Shown: in pieces, positions 30,692-41,488 of the stretch
Layout of the letters: each line of letters begins with the position of its first letter
Numbering within the stretch: the first letter of the stretch is position 1
Source of the DNA: Hylemonella gracilis
Lineage (GTDB): Bacteria > Pseudomonadota > Gammaproteobacteria > Burkholderiales > Burkholderiaceae_C
Direction of reading: 5' to 3'
NCBI GenBank assembly: GCA_945862195.1
Contig: CAMAXR010000001.1
Span: 6,337-70,336, forward strand
DNA: 64,000 bases
Program-made: the position numbers and the translations under genes
Notes under the pieces: generated by a model
Told to the model about the DNA's origin: nothing
The model's database searches: none
Seen by the model: the letters and a program-made list of their open reading frames with translations, nothing else

Positions 30692-31705
30692 ATGAAGCAG
30701 GCCTCTTTTTTTCGGCGCCTCACTCAGCAGATTCGGGGCTTTGCGCTCCTAGGTTTATCCGCATGGGCTGGCTTAACGGTTGGTACTTCTGCCATGGCGC
30801 AGACCCCAAACTGGCCCAACCAAACCATCAAAGTGATCGTTCCCTTTACTCCTGGAACGGGCATGGACACTATTGCCCGTGCCGTAGCCCCTCGCTTGTC
30901 CGAAAAGCTGGGACAACCTGTCGTCGTGAGCAATATGCCCGGCGCCAGCGGCAACATTGGTGCTGATGCTGTGGCCAAATCCACCGCCGACGGCTACACC
31001 TTGCTCATGGGCGCCAACACCATGTTGATCGCGTCTCAGCTTTATAAAAACGTGCCTTTCGAGCCCACCAAAGACTTTGCCCCCATCTCTATGGCGGCTT
31101 GGGGCACCCTTATGCTGGTGGCCAACCCCAAAACAGGCATCAAAACGGTTGACGATTTGGTCAAGCGCTCCAAAGCCAGCCCCGGCAGCGTGACCTTTGG
31201 CTCCCCAGGTGTGGGCACGCCGCACCACATGGCCATGGAGCTGTTCAAGTCTCAAACCCAGCTGTTTATGTTGCATGTGCCTTACCGTGGTACCGCAGGC
31301 TATACCCAAGACTTGCTGGCTGGGGAAATCCAAGTCGGCTTTTTGCCCGTACACGTGGCGCAAGGCATGGTCAGTGCAGGCCGTTTGAATGCCTTAGCCG
31401 TGGGCAGCCCCAAACGCAATCCCGTAGCGCCCAACGTGCAAACCTTTGGCGAGTTGGGCATCAAAGGGGTAGAGGTGGACATGTGGTACGCCTTTTATGC
31501 CCCTGCTAAAACACCGCAGCCTGTGGTTCAGCGCCTCAACGCTGAAATTGTGGCCATCATGCGTACCCAAGAAGTACGAGACATTTTGGCCAAAGGCGGT
31601 ATGGATGCCAGCTTTTCCACCATGGACGAACTGCGCTTAGTCACCCAGCAAGACTACCCACGTTGGGGCGACGTGATCCGCCGCAACAGTATCATTGCGG
31701 ACTGA
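30692..31705 (+). CDS. Bug/TctC extracytoplasmic solute receptor
   Basis: IVPFTPGTGMDTIAR, PGASGNIG, ADGYTLL, HVPYRG. Confidence 0.93.
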   Translation: MKQASFFRRLTQQIRGFALLGLSAWAGLTVGTSAMAQTPNWPNQTIKVIVPFTPGTGMDTIARAVAPRLSEKLGQPVVVSNMPGASGNIGADAVAKSTADGYTLLMGANTMLIASQLYKNVPFEPTKDFAPISMAAWGTLMLVANPKTGIKTVDDLVKRSKASPGSVTFGSPGVGTPHHMAMELFKSQTQLFMLHVPYRGTAGYTQDLLAGEIQVGFLPVHVAQGMVSAGRLNALAVGSPKRNPVAPNVQTFGELGIKGVEVDMWYAFYAPAKTPQPVVQRLNAEIVAIMRTQEVRDILAKGGMDASFSTMDELRLVTQQDYPRWGDVIRRNSIIAD

Positions 31706-31718
31706 GTTCCTCATATTT

Positions 31719-31732
31719 TTGATCTGTATCAA
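31719..31732. promoter_or_regulatory. FNR/CRP-family binding box
   Basis: TTGAT-CTGT-ATCAA, an exact FNR consensus in intergenic DNA before clpB. Confidence 0.7.
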
Positions 31733-31751
31733 GTCGCTTTAGTCGTTTTGC

Positions 31752-31776
31752 CTTGAAATTACGGTGACCACCCAAA
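31752..31776 (+). promoter_or_regulatory. Sigma32-like promoter of clpB
   Basis: CTTGAA-N13-CCCAAA versus CTTGAA-N13/14-CCCCAT. Confidence 0.55.
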
Positions 31777-31800
31777 AGTGGTGTGCAACCGGAGAATTTC

Positions 31801-34404
31801 ATGCGACTCGACAAATTGACCACTCAGTTTCAAGAGGCCTTGAGCGAGGCTCAAACCCTGGCTCTTGGCCGAGACCACGCCTACATAGAGCCTGCCCACG
31901 TGCTGACTGCAATGCTGCAGCAGCCTGATGGACCTAAGGCCTTGTTGCAGCGCGCGGGCTTGCCCATTGCGGGGTTGTTGGCCGTGGCCGAAGCCGCCAT
32001 GAAAAAACTGCCCCAAGTTCAAGGGCATGAACAGGTGCAAGTTGGCCGTGATTTGGTCTCCTTGCTGCAAGCCTGTGAAAAAGAAGCCATGAAACGGTCG
32101 GACCAGTTTGTGGCCAGCGAGTTGTTTTTCTTGGCCTTGGCCGACAGCAAAAGTGAGTTTGCAGAGGCTGTGCGCAGCCAAGGTCTTAACCGCAAGGCCT
32201 TGGATACTGCCATTGAACAAGTGCGCGGCGGCCAAAAAGTCGATTCCGCTGAATCAGAAGGCCAGCGCGAAGCCTTGAACAAATACACCCTGGATTTAAC
32301 TGAGCGCGCCCGCTCCGGAAAGCTTGACCCCGTGATTGGGCGTGACGACGAAATACGCCGCGCGATTCAGGTGTTGCAGCGGCGCAGCAAAAACAACCCG
32401 GTCTTGATTGGAGAGCCGGGCGTGGGCAAAACCGCCATTGTGGAAGGCCTAGCACAGCGCATCGTTAATGGCGAAGTGCCCGAGTCCTTGCGAGACAAGC
32501 GTGTGCTCGTGCTGGATATGGCTGGCCTTTTGGCGGGAGCCAAATACCGCGGTGAATTTGAAGAGCGCTTGAAAGCGGTACTCAAAGAAGTGGCGCAGGA
32601 CGAGGGCCGGATTATTTTGTTTATTGACGAACTCCACACCATGGTGGGGGCAGGCAAAGCGGAGGGGGCCATAGACGCGGGCAACATGCTCAAGCCCGCC
32701 TTGGCCCGCGGCGAGCTGCACTGCATTGGTGCCACCACCTTGGATGAGTACCGCAAATACATCGAAAAAGACGCCGCGCTTGAGCGCAGATTTCAAAAGG
32801 TGTTGGTGGGCGAACCCACGGTGGAGCAGACCATTGCCATTTTGCGGGGCCTGCAAGAGAAGTACGAGGTGCACCACGGTGTGGACATCACCGACCCCGC
32901 CATCGTAGCGGCGGCAGAGCTCAGCCATCGGTACATCACCGATCGGTTTTTGCCGGACAAAGCTATTGACCTGATCGACGAGGCTGCAGCCAAAATCAAA
33001 ATTGAAATCGACTCCAAGCCCGAGGTCATCGACAAACTTGACCGCCGTTTGATTCAGCTGCAAATTGAGCGTGAGGCTATTAAAAAAGAAACCGACGAAG
33101 CCTCGCAAAAGCGCTTCGGTTTGTTAGAAGAAGAAATTGAAAAACTTCGTCGTGAAGCGGCTGACCTTGAAGAAATATGGCACGCCGAAAAAGCTCAAGC
33201 GCAGGGCGGCCAGCATGTGCGTGAAGAAATTGAAAAACTCAAACTCAAAATTGAAGAGCTCACCCGCAAGGGCGATTTCAATAAGGTGGCAGAGCTGCGC
33301 TACGGAACGCTGCCTGAGCTCGAAAAACTATTGCACGAAGCACAAGCCCTAGAGCGCGGGCAAGGCGAGGGAAGTGGCCCTAGGTTGCTCAGAACCCAAG
33401 TGGGTGCTGAAGAAATTGCCGAGGTGGTGTCCCGCGCCACGGGTATTCCGGTCTCCAAGATGATGCAGGGAGAAAAAGACAAACTTTTGCAAATGGAGCA
33501 AAAGCTGCATGACCGCGTCGTGGGGCAAGACGAGGCCATTTTGGCCGTATCCAACGCCATTCGCCGTTCTCGCTCGGGCTTGTCAGACCCCAATCGGCCC
33601 ACAGGTTCGTTTTTGTTCCTGGGCCCCACGGGCGTGGGTAAAACTGAGCTGTGCAAGGCCCTAGCAGGATTTTTGTTTGACAGTGTCGACCATTTAGTGC
33701 GCATCGACATGAGTGAATTTATGGAAAAACACTCGGTAGCCCGCTTGATAGGTGCGCCCCCCGGTTATGTGGGTTACGAGGAGGGTGGCTACCTGACCGA
33801 GGCGGTGCGGCGCAAACCCTATTCGGTGTTGTTGCTCGATGAGATGGAAAAGGCACACCCCGATGTGTTCAACATCTTGCTGCAGGTGCTGGACGATGGC
33901 CGCCTGACCGATGGGCAGGGCAGAACCGTTGACTTTAAAAACACGGTCATCGTGATGACCAGCAACATAGGCTCGCACCTGATTCAGTCTATGGTGGGGC
34001 AGCCCTATGAAGACATTAAAGATGCGGTATGGGGGGAGCTTAAAAACCATTTCCGCCCAGAGTTTTTAAACCGCATTGATGAAACGGTGGTGTTCCACGG
34101 ATTGGACGCGCAGCATATTGCCTCTATTGCCGCGATTCAACTCAAGGCACTCAAAGACCGTTTGTTCAAAATGGACCTGAATTTGCAGGTGTCCGATGCG
34201 GCCATGGCTGAGCTTGCCAAGGTGGGCTTTGACCCCGTGTTTGGTGCGCGGCCGCTCAAGCGTGCCATTCAGCAGCGCATTGAAAACCCGCTGTCCAAAA
34301 TGCTGCTGGAAGGCGCGTTTTTGCCCAAAGACGGTATTTCGGTCACGGTGGATCCCATTCTGGCGCCAGGGCAGTTCCATTTTGAGGCGGTTCGGGCCAC
34401 TTAA
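31801..34404 (+). CDS. clpB: ATP-dependent chaperone ClpB
   Basis: MRLDKLT start, Walker A motifs GEPGVGKT and GPTGVGKT, coiled-coil middle domain, GARPLKR. Confidence 0.98.
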   Translation: MRLDKLTTQFQEALSEAQTLALGRDHAYIEPAHVLTAMLQQPDGPKALLQRAGLPIAGLLAVAEAAMKKLPQVQGHEQVQVGRDLVSLLQACEKEAMKRSDQFVASELFFLALADSKSEFAEAVRSQGLNRKALDTAIEQVRGGQKVDSAESEGQREALNKYTLDLTERARSGKLDPVIGRDDEIRRAIQVLQRRSKNNPVLIGEPGVGKTAIVEGLAQRIVNGEVPESLRDKRVLVLDMAGLLAGAKYRGEFEERLKAVLKEVAQDEGRIILFIDELHTMVGAGKAEGAIDAGNMLKPALARGELHCIGATTLDEYRKYIEKDAALERRFQKVLVGEPTVEQTIAILRGLQEKYEVHHGVDITDPAIVAAAELSHRYITDRFLPDKAIDLIDEAAAKIKIEIDSKPEVIDKLDRRLIQLQIEREAIKKETDEASQKRFGLLEEEIEKLRREAADLEEIWHAEKAQAQGGQHVREEIEKLKLKIEELTRKGDFNKVAELRYGTLPELEKLLHEAQALERGQGEGSGPRLLRTQVGAEEIAEVVSRATGIPVSKMMQGEKDKLLQMEQKLHDRVVGQDEAILAVSNAIRRSRSGLSDPNRPTGSFLFLGPTGVGKTELCKALAGFLFDSVDHLVRIDMSEFMEKHSVARLIGAPPGYVGYEEGGYLTEAVRRKPYSVLLLDEMEKAHPDVFNILLQVLDDGRLTDGQGRTVDFKNTVIVMTSNIGSHLIQSMVGQPYEDIKDAVWGELKNHFRPEFLNRIDETVVFHGLDAQHIASIAAIQLKALKDRLFKMDLNLQVSDAAMAELAKVGFDPVFGARPLKRAIQQRIENPLSKMLLEGAFLPKDGISVTVDPILAPGQFHFEAVRAT

Positions 34405-34437
34405 GGTCGTCAGGATCACCTCGTTAACATAAGCGGG

Positions 34438-35652
34438 ATGAGCACTCCCCTTACGTTTTCATCCCCACCGGTACCCCTCAAACAAGATGCCCAAGTGATT
34501 GGACTTGTGGGCATGGCGCATGCGTCTTCCCACTTTTCGCACTTGTTGTTGCCGCTGGTCTTTCCGCTTTTTACCAAAGAGTTTGGTTTGAGTTATGCAG
34601 AGCTGGCATTTCTTATGACCATCTTTTTTGCGTTGTCTGGCTCTATTCAGGCAGTGTCGGGTTGGGCGGTAGACCGTTGGGGTGCCTTGCCCGTCATCTA
34701 CACCTCTTTATCGCTTTTTGCAGGCGCCTGTGTAGTGGCCAGTGTGTCTCAAGGCTACCTCGGTTTGCTAGCGGCTGCGGTGTTGTTTGGCCTGGGCAAT
34801 GCGCCTTTTCATCCTATTGATTTCACTATTTTGAACCAGAGGGTGTCGCAAGCGCGCTTGGGCCACGCATTCAGCGTGCACGGACTCACAGGTAATTTGG
34901 GTTGGGCGGTAGCGCCCTTGTTTATGGTGGGTTTGGGCGGGGTCATCGGTTGGCGTGGGGCCTACTTGGCTTGTGCGGCTTTGTTTGTACTGATTGCCTT
35001 GTGCCTTTTCACCAATCGGCAAAAACTCAATACGCAAATCATGGCCAAACCCGAACGGGTGCAGAAAGATACTCATTTTTCGTATCTGAAGTCGCCAGTG
35101 ATTTGGTTTTGCTTTGGTTTTTTTCTGCTTTCCACGGTGATTCTTTCGGTGGTGCAAAACTTTTCAGTGCCTCTGTTGCAAACCCTGCATCACGTCAGCC
35201 TTGAGGCGGCCACCCTGACGCTCAGTGCCTACATGGTCTGCGCGGGCGTGGGCATTGTGGTGGGAGGCTTTGTAGCAAGTCAGGCTGCCGCGTACACCGA
35301 TCGGGTGGTGGCCTGCTGCATGGTGGTGGGGGCAGCTATGTTGATGTGGTGTGGCTCGGGTTGGTTGGGGCCAGAGGGCACTATGGTGGTGTTGGCTTTG
35401 ACGGGTTTTGCCATAGGCATTGGCAGCCCCTCTCGGGATTTGATGGTCAAGCAAGTGACCCCCAAAGGCGCTACTGGGCGGGTTTATGGCTTGGTGTACT
35501 CCGGGTTTGATGTGGGCTTTGCATTGGCGCCCTTGGCCTTTGGGGTGCTGATGGACAAAGCTTGGTACAGCGAAATATTTTTTGTAGTGGCCTTGGTGCT
35601 TTTGAGCGCCATGGGTGTGGCCTTGGCTGTTGGACAGCGAATTTCAAGATAA
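34438..35652 (+). CDS. MFS transporter
   Basis: About twelve TM segments, GWAVDRWG motif A, GNAPFHP. Confidence 0.9.
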   Translation: MSTPLTFSSPPVPLKQDAQVIGLVGMAHASSHFSHLLLPLVFPLFTKEFGLSYAELAFLMTIFFALSGSIQAVSGWAVDRWGALPVIYTSLSLFAGACVVASVSQGYLGLLAAAVLFGLGNAPFHPIDFTILNQRVSQARLGHAFSVHGLTGNLGWAVAPLFMVGLGGVIGWRGAYLACAALFVLIALCLFTNRQKLNTQIMAKPERVQKDTHFSYLKSPVIWFCFGFFLLSTVILSVVQNFSVPLLQTLHHVSLEAATLTLSAYMVCAGVGIVVGGFVASQAAAYTDRVVACCMVVGAAMLMWCGSGWLGPEGTMVVLALTGFAIGIGSPSRDLMVKQVTPKGATGRVYGLVYSGFDVGFALAPLAFGVLMDKAWYSEIFFVVALVLLSAMGVALAVGQRISR

Positions 35653-35665
35653 AAAGGAGACCTTC

Positions 35666-37396
35666 ATGACAACCAGTACTCCAACCCATCGCATGGCAGG
35701 TCACCTGCTTGTGGAGTGTTTGGTGGCCCAAGGGGTGGATATTGCTTTTGGGGTGCCTGGCGAAAGCTATTTGGCCGTTTTGGATGGATTTCATGAGCAC
35801 CGAGAAGACATCAAGTTTGTCATCAATCGCCAAGAGGGCGGGGCCGCCTATATGGCAGAGGCCTATGGCAAGTTAACCGGCAGGCCGGGTGTGTGCCTAG
35901 TGACCCGGGGTCCAGGCGCAACCAATGCCTCTATTGGCCTGCATACCGCATTTCAAGATTCCACCCCCATGGTGCTGTTGGTGGGCGATGTGGCCAGCCA
36001 CACGCGGGATCGGGAGTCGTTTCAAGAAATGGATTTCAGCGCTTTTTTTGGCCCGGCAACCAAAGGCTTGGCCAAACGTGTAGAGCGAATTGACGATGCC
36101 AGCCGCATTCCAGAATACATAGCTCGAGCCTTCGCAACGGCCCTGCATGGACGTCCTGGCCCGGTGGTGCTGGTATTGCCTGAAGACATGCTCACGCAAC
36201 AAGTAGAGATGACGCCACTTACAGGCCCGCTGCCACGAGTGGAGCCTATAGAAACTTGGATGGCGCCTGGTGCGCTTCAGGAAGTCCGTGGGCATTTGCT
36301 CAATGCCCAAAAGCCAATGGTGATCTTGGGCGGTAGCGGCTGGACACCGCAGGCGGCTCAGGCTTTTCAACGATTCGCCGAAAACTGGAAGTTGCCAGTA
36401 GCCAATGCCTTTAGGTTTCAAGACACGTTTGACAACCACCATCCCCAATATGCGGGCGATGTGGGCTTGGCCATCAACTCCAAGCTTGCTAAGCGCATTC
36501 AGGAATCGGATGTGTTGCTCGTGGTGGGCGCTCGATTGGGTGAAATCACAACAGGTGGTTACGACATGCTCAAGCCTCCCAAGTTGCCTCAAAAACTGAT
36601 ACACATCATGGCCGGTGCTGAAGAGTTACAGCGGGTTTTTTTTGCCGATTTGGCTATTCATGCATCTATGAATGCCGCAGCGCGGTCTTTAGAAACGCTG
36701 CATGCTCCCGCCGAATTGGCTTTTACCGCTTGGACGCAGGCATGCCACCAAGACTATTTAAGCAATTTGGTGCCGCAAACTTTGCCTGGACCCTTAGATA
36801 TGGCCGCAGTGGTGAAGTGCTTGCAGCACCACTTGCCGTCAGACGCTGTGCTGAGCAACGGCGCTGGAAACTTTGCAAGTTGGCTGCATCGTTTTTATCA
36901 GTACCCGGGCTTGGCTAAGGGGGTGAAGACCCAGTTGGCGCCTACCAATGGTTCGATGGGCTATGGTGTGCCCGCTGGTATTGCTGCAGCACTGGCTACG
37001 AAAAGATTGGTGGTGACGTTGACAGGCGACGGCGACTTTCTTATGAACGGCCAGGAGCTAGCTACAGCCGCTCAGTTTGGAGCTAAAACCATTGTGATTT
37101 TGCTCAACAATGGCATGTACGGCACCATCCGCATGCACCAAGAGCGGGAGTTTCCCACCCACGTCAGTGGCTCACAGCTTCAAAACCCCGACTTCGCAGC
37201 GCTGGCCAAAGCGTATGGGTATGCGGGTGTCAAGGTGCGGGAAACTGCGGAGTTTGAACCTGCATTGCGGGCTGCATTAGCACGGCCAGAGGGCACGCTG
37301 ATCGAGATTTTGTTAGACCCAGAAGTCATTACCACTCGGGGCACACTGCTTTCTATCACACAAGCCGCTTTGGATCGGCAGCAAAAGGCATCCTGA
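35666..37396 (+). CDS. Thiamine pyrophosphate-dependent enzyme (acetolactate synthase-like family)
   Basis: FGVPGESY, RQEGGA, TRGPGATN, GSMGYG, GDGDF..NN; RBS AAGGAGA. Confidence 0.92.
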   Translation: MTTSTPTHRMAGHLLVECLVAQGVDIAFGVPGESYLAVLDGFHEHREDIKFVINRQEGGAAYMAEAYGKLTGRPGVCLVTRGPGATNASIGLHTAFQDSTPMVLLVGDVASHTRDRESFQEMDFSAFFGPATKGLAKRVERIDDASRIPEYIARAFATALHGRPGPVVLVLPEDMLTQQVEMTPLTGPLPRVEPIETWMAPGALQEVRGHLLNAQKPMVILGGSGWTPQAAQAFQRFAENWKLPVANAFRFQDTFDNHHPQYAGDVGLAINSKLAKRIQESDVLLVVGARLGEITTGGYDMLKPPKLPQKLIHIMAGAEELQRVFFADLAIHASMNAAARSLETLHAPAELAFTAWTQACHQDYLSNLVPQTLPGPLDMAAVVKCLQHHLPSDAVLSNGAGNFASWLHRFYQYPGLAKGVKTQLAPTNGSMGYGVPAGIAAALATKRLVVTLTGDGDFLMNGQELATAAQFGAKTIVILLNNGMYGTIRMHQEREFPTHVSGSQLQNPDFAALAKAYGYAGVKVRETAEFEPALRAALARPEGTLIEILLDPEVITTRGTLLSITQAALDRQQKAS

Positions 37397-37399
37397 AGG

Positions 37400-37428
37400 A
37401 AAAAGAGCCGACATTTGTCGGCTCTTTT
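37400..37428. terminator. Bidirectional intrinsic terminator; second hairpin at 37436-37459
   Basis: AAAAGAGCCGACA-TT-TGTCGGCTCTTTT between convergent genes; also TGCCCCGCTG-TTTT-CAGCGGGGCA. Confidence 0.9.
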
Positions 37429-37473
37429 GTATGGCTGCCCCGCTGTTTTCAGCGGGGCACCAACAGAAAAAAA

Positions 37474-37818
37474 TTATTTGAGGTGCTTGCCGATCAGGCC
37501 AGCCATTTCAAACATAGACACCTGCGCTTTACCGAACACTTCTTTGAGTTTGGCATCTGCATTCACCATGCGCTTGTTGGCTTCATCTTGCAGCTTGTGC
37601 TTTTTGATGTACACCCACATTTTGCTCACGACTTCAGTACGTGGCAGGGGAGCCGCGCCCACAATCGCAGCCAATGCTGGGCTGGGGGTCAAAGCCTTCA
37701 TGAACGCCGCGTTAGGAGTGCGTTTGGTTGCAGGAGCTTTTTTAACAGCTACTTTTTTTGCAGGTGCCGCTTTTTTTACAGCGGCCTTTTTTGCAGGTGC
37801 CTTCTTTGCAGTTGCCAT
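37474..37818 (-). CDS. SWIB/MDM2 domain protein with Lys/Ala-rich histone-H1-like N-terminus
   Basis: AKKAPAKK repeats, then SPALAAIVG..PRTEVVSKMWVYIKKHKLQD. Confidence 0.93.
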   Translation of the reverse strand: MATAKKAPAKKAAVKKAAPAKKVAVKKAPATKRTPNAAFMKALTPSPALAAIVGAAPLPRTEVVSKMWVYIKKHKLQDEANKRMVNADAKLKEVFGKAQVSMFEMAGLIGKHLK

Positions 37819-38178
37819 GGATTTTTTTCCTTCGTAGTTGGTTAGCACATACAAGTTGAAAAACTTGAGTGTGTGGTTAATCCTAATGGAGAACATGGCC
37901 AATTCAAAGGGTGCCCCGATCTTTTTCCCTCTGAGTTGTTGTTTTTCAAATGGTTTGCCTCTTTTTTGTAATGCGAAATATCAAATGCTGCGCCGCAAAA
38001 ATTTTTCTCTTTATGAGATATAGGATCTCACTATTCGAAAATATTTTTATAAGTGTTTGAATTTAAGTGATTTATTTTTTCTGTTGTGTAAGACCTGATG
38101 GCTGCGCTTGAATGCCGTATGCGCTTACATTGATTGGGTGATGAATGCATGGTGAATTCATCGTTTTGAAAGGTGTTT

Positions 38179-39318
38179 ATGACGAGCAAACTCAATATCC
38201 TGATTCTTGGGGCCTCTTACGGCTCATTGCTGGCGACCAAAATTTTGTTGGCGGGTCACGATGTGAGTTTGGTTTGTACTCAAGGCACTGCAGACCTCAT
38301 TGGGCTCAACGGCACTCGTGTTCGCTTTCCCGTCAAGGGGGTAGACCATCTTGTGGAGGTGGATTCAAGGCAGCTTAGAGGTCAGCTTAGAGCCCTGACA
38401 CCCCAGCAGGTTCGCCTCGTTGACTTTGATTTGGTGTGTTTGGCCATGCAAGAGCCCCAGTATGGCGCACAAGGTATTCGAGACTTAATGCATGCCATTG
38501 CAGCTCAAAAGTTGCCTTGTCTTTCAATCATGAACATGCCACCTTTGCCTTACCTCCAACGCATGGGGCAGTTGTCGGTGCAAAAAATGACCGAGTGTTA
38601 TCGAGACCCAGAAGTTTGGAGTGGCTTTGATCCGAGCCTCGTCACCTTGTGCAGCCCCGACCCGCAGGCTTTTCGCCCCAACCCAAAAGAGCCGCATGTT
38701 TTGCAAGTGGGCTTGGCCACCAACTTCAAGGCTGCATGTTTCGATGATGAAGCCTCTAACAATATTTTGTTTCAGCTCGAGCGCGATATTGCACAAGCGA
38801 AGTGGCGAGACATGTCGCAAGGTGTCAGCCAAGAGCTTGACTTGCCAGTGAAGTTAAAAGTTCACCGTTCCATTTACGTGCCCTTAGCCAAGTGGTGCAT
38901 GCTGATGACGGGCAACTACCGTTGCGTCTTGTCGCAAGAGGTTTGCTCCATTCAAAACGCCGTGCATCAAGACTTGGCCTTGTCAAAATCTATTTATGAA
39001 TGGGTGGAGGAGATTTGCTTCAAGTTGGGGGCTGCACCGGCTGACATGGTGCCTTTTGAAAAGTACGCTTTGGCCACGCAGTCTTTGCTCAAGCCGTCTT
39101 CTGTGGCCCGTTCGCTTGCTGCCGGAGCCGTTGATGTGGAGCGGCTTGACCGATTGGTCCAGCTTATTGCGCAAGAGTTGGGCATGGACCCGTCTCCCGC
39201 CACCCATACCGTCAACTGCGTGAATGGATGGTTGGAGCGCAACAAAGCAGCCCATCTCAAGGCAAGCCAAGCGGCGTTGGCGGTTAAGGGCCCGATTGCG
39301 TCCTTAGCTGAGGCTTAG
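38179..39318 (+). CDS. Uncharacterised ketopantoate-reductase-like Rossmann-fold protein
   Basis: ILILGASYGSLL, LAMQEPQY, SPDPQAFR, TNFKAA. Confidence 0.65.
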   Translation: MTSKLNILILGASYGSLLATKILLAGHDVSLVCTQGTADLIGLNGTRVRFPVKGVDHLVEVDSRQLRGQLRALTPQQVRLVDFDLVCLAMQEPQYGAQGIRDLMHAIAAQKLPCLSIMNMPPLPYLQRMGQLSVQKMTECYRDPEVWSGFDPSLVTLCSPDPQAFRPNPKEPHVLQVGLATNFKAACFDDEASNNILFQLERDIAQAKWRDMSQGVSQELDLPVKLKVHRSIYVPLAKWCMLMTGNYRCVLSQEVCSIQNAVHQDLALSKSIYEWVEEICFKLGAAPADMVPFEKYALATQSLLKPSSVARSLAAGAVDVERLDRLVQLIAQELGMDPSPATHTVNCVNGWLERNKAAHLKASQAALAVKGPIASLAEA

Positions 39319-39403
39319 CTTTAGCCTTGGCTTATCTGGGCTTTTCTAAGCCCGAAGTGCATGGCCCATAAGGGTTAAAGCGTTAAAATCATCTATCAAT
39401 TCA

Positions 39404-39435
39404 GGGCGCGGTAATTGCCGCGCTTTTTGTTTTTT
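39404..39435 (+). terminator. Terminator-like hairpin upstream of thrS
   Basis: GCGCGG-TAATTG-CCGCGC followed by TTTTTGTTTTTT. Confidence 0.7.
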
Positions 39436-39480
39436 CAGATGCAATCTCTTTATTCATCCGCCCCTTAATACCTTCCATCT

Positions 39481-41406
39481 ATGGTTCAAATCACTCTTCC
39501 AGACGGTTCTCAGCGTGATTTTTCAGGCCCCGTGGCGGTGTCCGATGTGGCGGCTTCTATTGGCGCAGGCCTTGCTAAAGCCGCATTGGCAGGCAAGGTG
39601 GATGGAAAGTTGGTGGACAACAGCTTTGTGATCAATGGCAACAGCAATGTGTCCATCATCACCGCCAAAGATGCAGATGGCCTGGAGGTGATTCGGCATT
39701 CCACAGCGCATCTGTTGGCCTATGCGGTCAAAACTTTGTTCCCAGAGGCTCAAGTCACCATTGGCCCTGTCATTGAGCATGGGTTCTATTACGACTTCGC
39801 CTACAAGCGGCCTTTTACTCCCGAAGATCTCATTGCCATAGAAAAGAAAATGCAAGAGCTTGCCAACCAAGATGAACCCGTGGTTCGCCGAGTGTTGCCT
39901 CGTGATGATGCTGTAGCGTATTTCAAGTCTTTGGGCGAGCATTACAAAGCCGAAATTATTGCCAGCATTCCTACTAACGAGGAAGTTAGCCTTTACCGCG
40001 AGGGGGCGTTTGAAGACTTGTGCCGTGGCCCGCACGTGCCCAGCACAGGTAAGCTCAAGCACTTTAAGCTCATGAAGGTGGCGGGCGCGTATTGGCGCGG
40101 CGATCAAAACAACGAGCAGTTACAGCGCATTTACGGCACGGCCTGGGCTACCAAAGACGAATTGCAGCAGTACTTGACGCTGCTTGAGGAAGCTGAAAAG
40201 CGAGACCACCGCAAGTTGGGCCGAGAGCTTGACTTATTCCATATTGACGAACATGCGCCGGGCTTGGTGTTTTGGCACCCCAATGGTTGGGTGTTGTGGC
40301 AGCAAGTGGAGCAGTACATGCGCAAGGTTTACCGCGACAACGGTTACCAAGAGGTCAAAGGCCCACAGGTCATTGACAAAGCGCTCTGGGAAAAAACTGG
40401 GCATTGGGACAAGTACCGCGACAACATGTTCACAACTGAAAGTGAAAAGCGCGACTTTGCCCTAAAGCCCATGAATTGTCCTGGCCACATCCTGATTTAC
40501 AAGCAAGGGCTTAAGAGCTACCGCGATTTACCTTTGAGATACGGTGAGTTTGGCCAGTGCCATCGCAATGAACCCAGCGGCGGCTTGCACGGTATCATGC
40601 GCGTGAGGGGGTTCACTCAAGACGACGGGCATATCTTTTGTACCGAAGAGCAGATATTGCCTGAGTGCGTGCACTTCACTTCCTTGCTGCAACAGGTCTA
40701 CCGCGATTTTGGTTTCCGCAGCATCATTTACAAGGTGGCCACGCGGCCCGAGCAGCGCATTGGCTCCGATGAAATTTGGGACAAGGCAGAGCACGCACTT
40801 ATTCAGAGCCTTAAAGCCTCAGGTTGTGAGTTCGAAATTGCAGAGGGCGATGGTGCCTTTTACGGCCCCAAAATTGAATACACCCTCAAAGATGCGATTG
40901 GCCGTCAGTGGCAGTGCGGCACCATTCAGGTGGACTTTTCCATGCCCGAGCGCTTGGACGCGGAATACGTGGGCGAGGATGGTGGCCGCCACCGCCCAGT
41001 CATGCTGCACCGCGCCATTGTGGGCAGCTTGGAGCGCTTTATTGGCATCTTGATTGAAGAGCATGCTGGGGCCCTGCCAACATGGCTTGCACCGGTACAG
41101 GTGGTGGTACTCAATATCACCGATGCACAGGCCGATTACTGTCGTGAATTGGTTGAAACCCTTAAGAAATCATTGCCAAATCAAGAGCTTAGAGTGATTT
41201 CCGATCTGCGCAACGAAAAAATTACGTATAAAATACGTGAGCATTCTTTGCAAAAGCGGCCTTACATTTTGGTGGCTGGTGATAAAGAGAAAGCAGCCGG
41301 TGCCGTTGCGGTACGCGCCCGAGGAAATAAAGACCTCGGAGTGATGTCTGTAAATGAGTTTGTTCAAACGCTCATTCAAGACATCACCAGCAAATCAGTC
41401 AACTAA
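39481..41406 (+). CDS. thrS: Threonine-tRNA ligase
   Basis: TGS domain, [37 protein letters not shown]. Confidence 0.98.
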   Translation: MVQITLPDGSQRDFSGPVAVSDVAASIGAGLAKAALAGKVDGKLVDNSFVINGNSNVSIITAKDADGLEVIRHSTAHLLAYAVKTLFPEAQVTIGPVIEHGFYYDFAYKRPFTPEDLIAIEKKMQELANQDEPVVRRVLPRDDAVAYFKSLGEHYKAEIIASIPTNEEVSLYREGAFEDLCRGPHVPSTGKLKHFKLMKVAGAYWRGDQNNEQLQRIYGTAWATKDELQQYLTLLEEAEKRDHRKLGRELDLFHIDEHAPGLVFWHPNGWVLWQQVEQYMRKVYRDNGYQEVKGPQVIDKALWEKTGHWDKYRDNMFTTESEKRDFALKPMNCPGHILIYKQGLKSYRDLPLRYGEFGQCHRNEPSGGLHGIMRVRGFTQDDGHIFCTEEQILPECVHFTSLLQQVYRDFGFRSIIYKVATRPEQRIGSDEIWDKAEHALIQSLKASGCEFEIAEGDGAFYGPKIEYTLKDAIGRQWQCGTIQVDFSMPERLDAEYVGEDGGRHRPVMLHRAIVGSLERFIGILIEEHAGALPTWLAPVQVVVLNITDAQADYCRELVETLKKSLPNQELRVISDLRNEKITYKIREHSLQKRPYILVAGDKEKAAGAVAVRARGNKDLGVMSVNEFVQTLIQDITSKSVN

Positions 41407-41488
41407 CCTTGTTTTATGTCAACAGATGTTGGGTCAACTTCTGTTTTGGGGCCACGCTTTTTGTGGCAAATATTGAAGGAACCAAACC

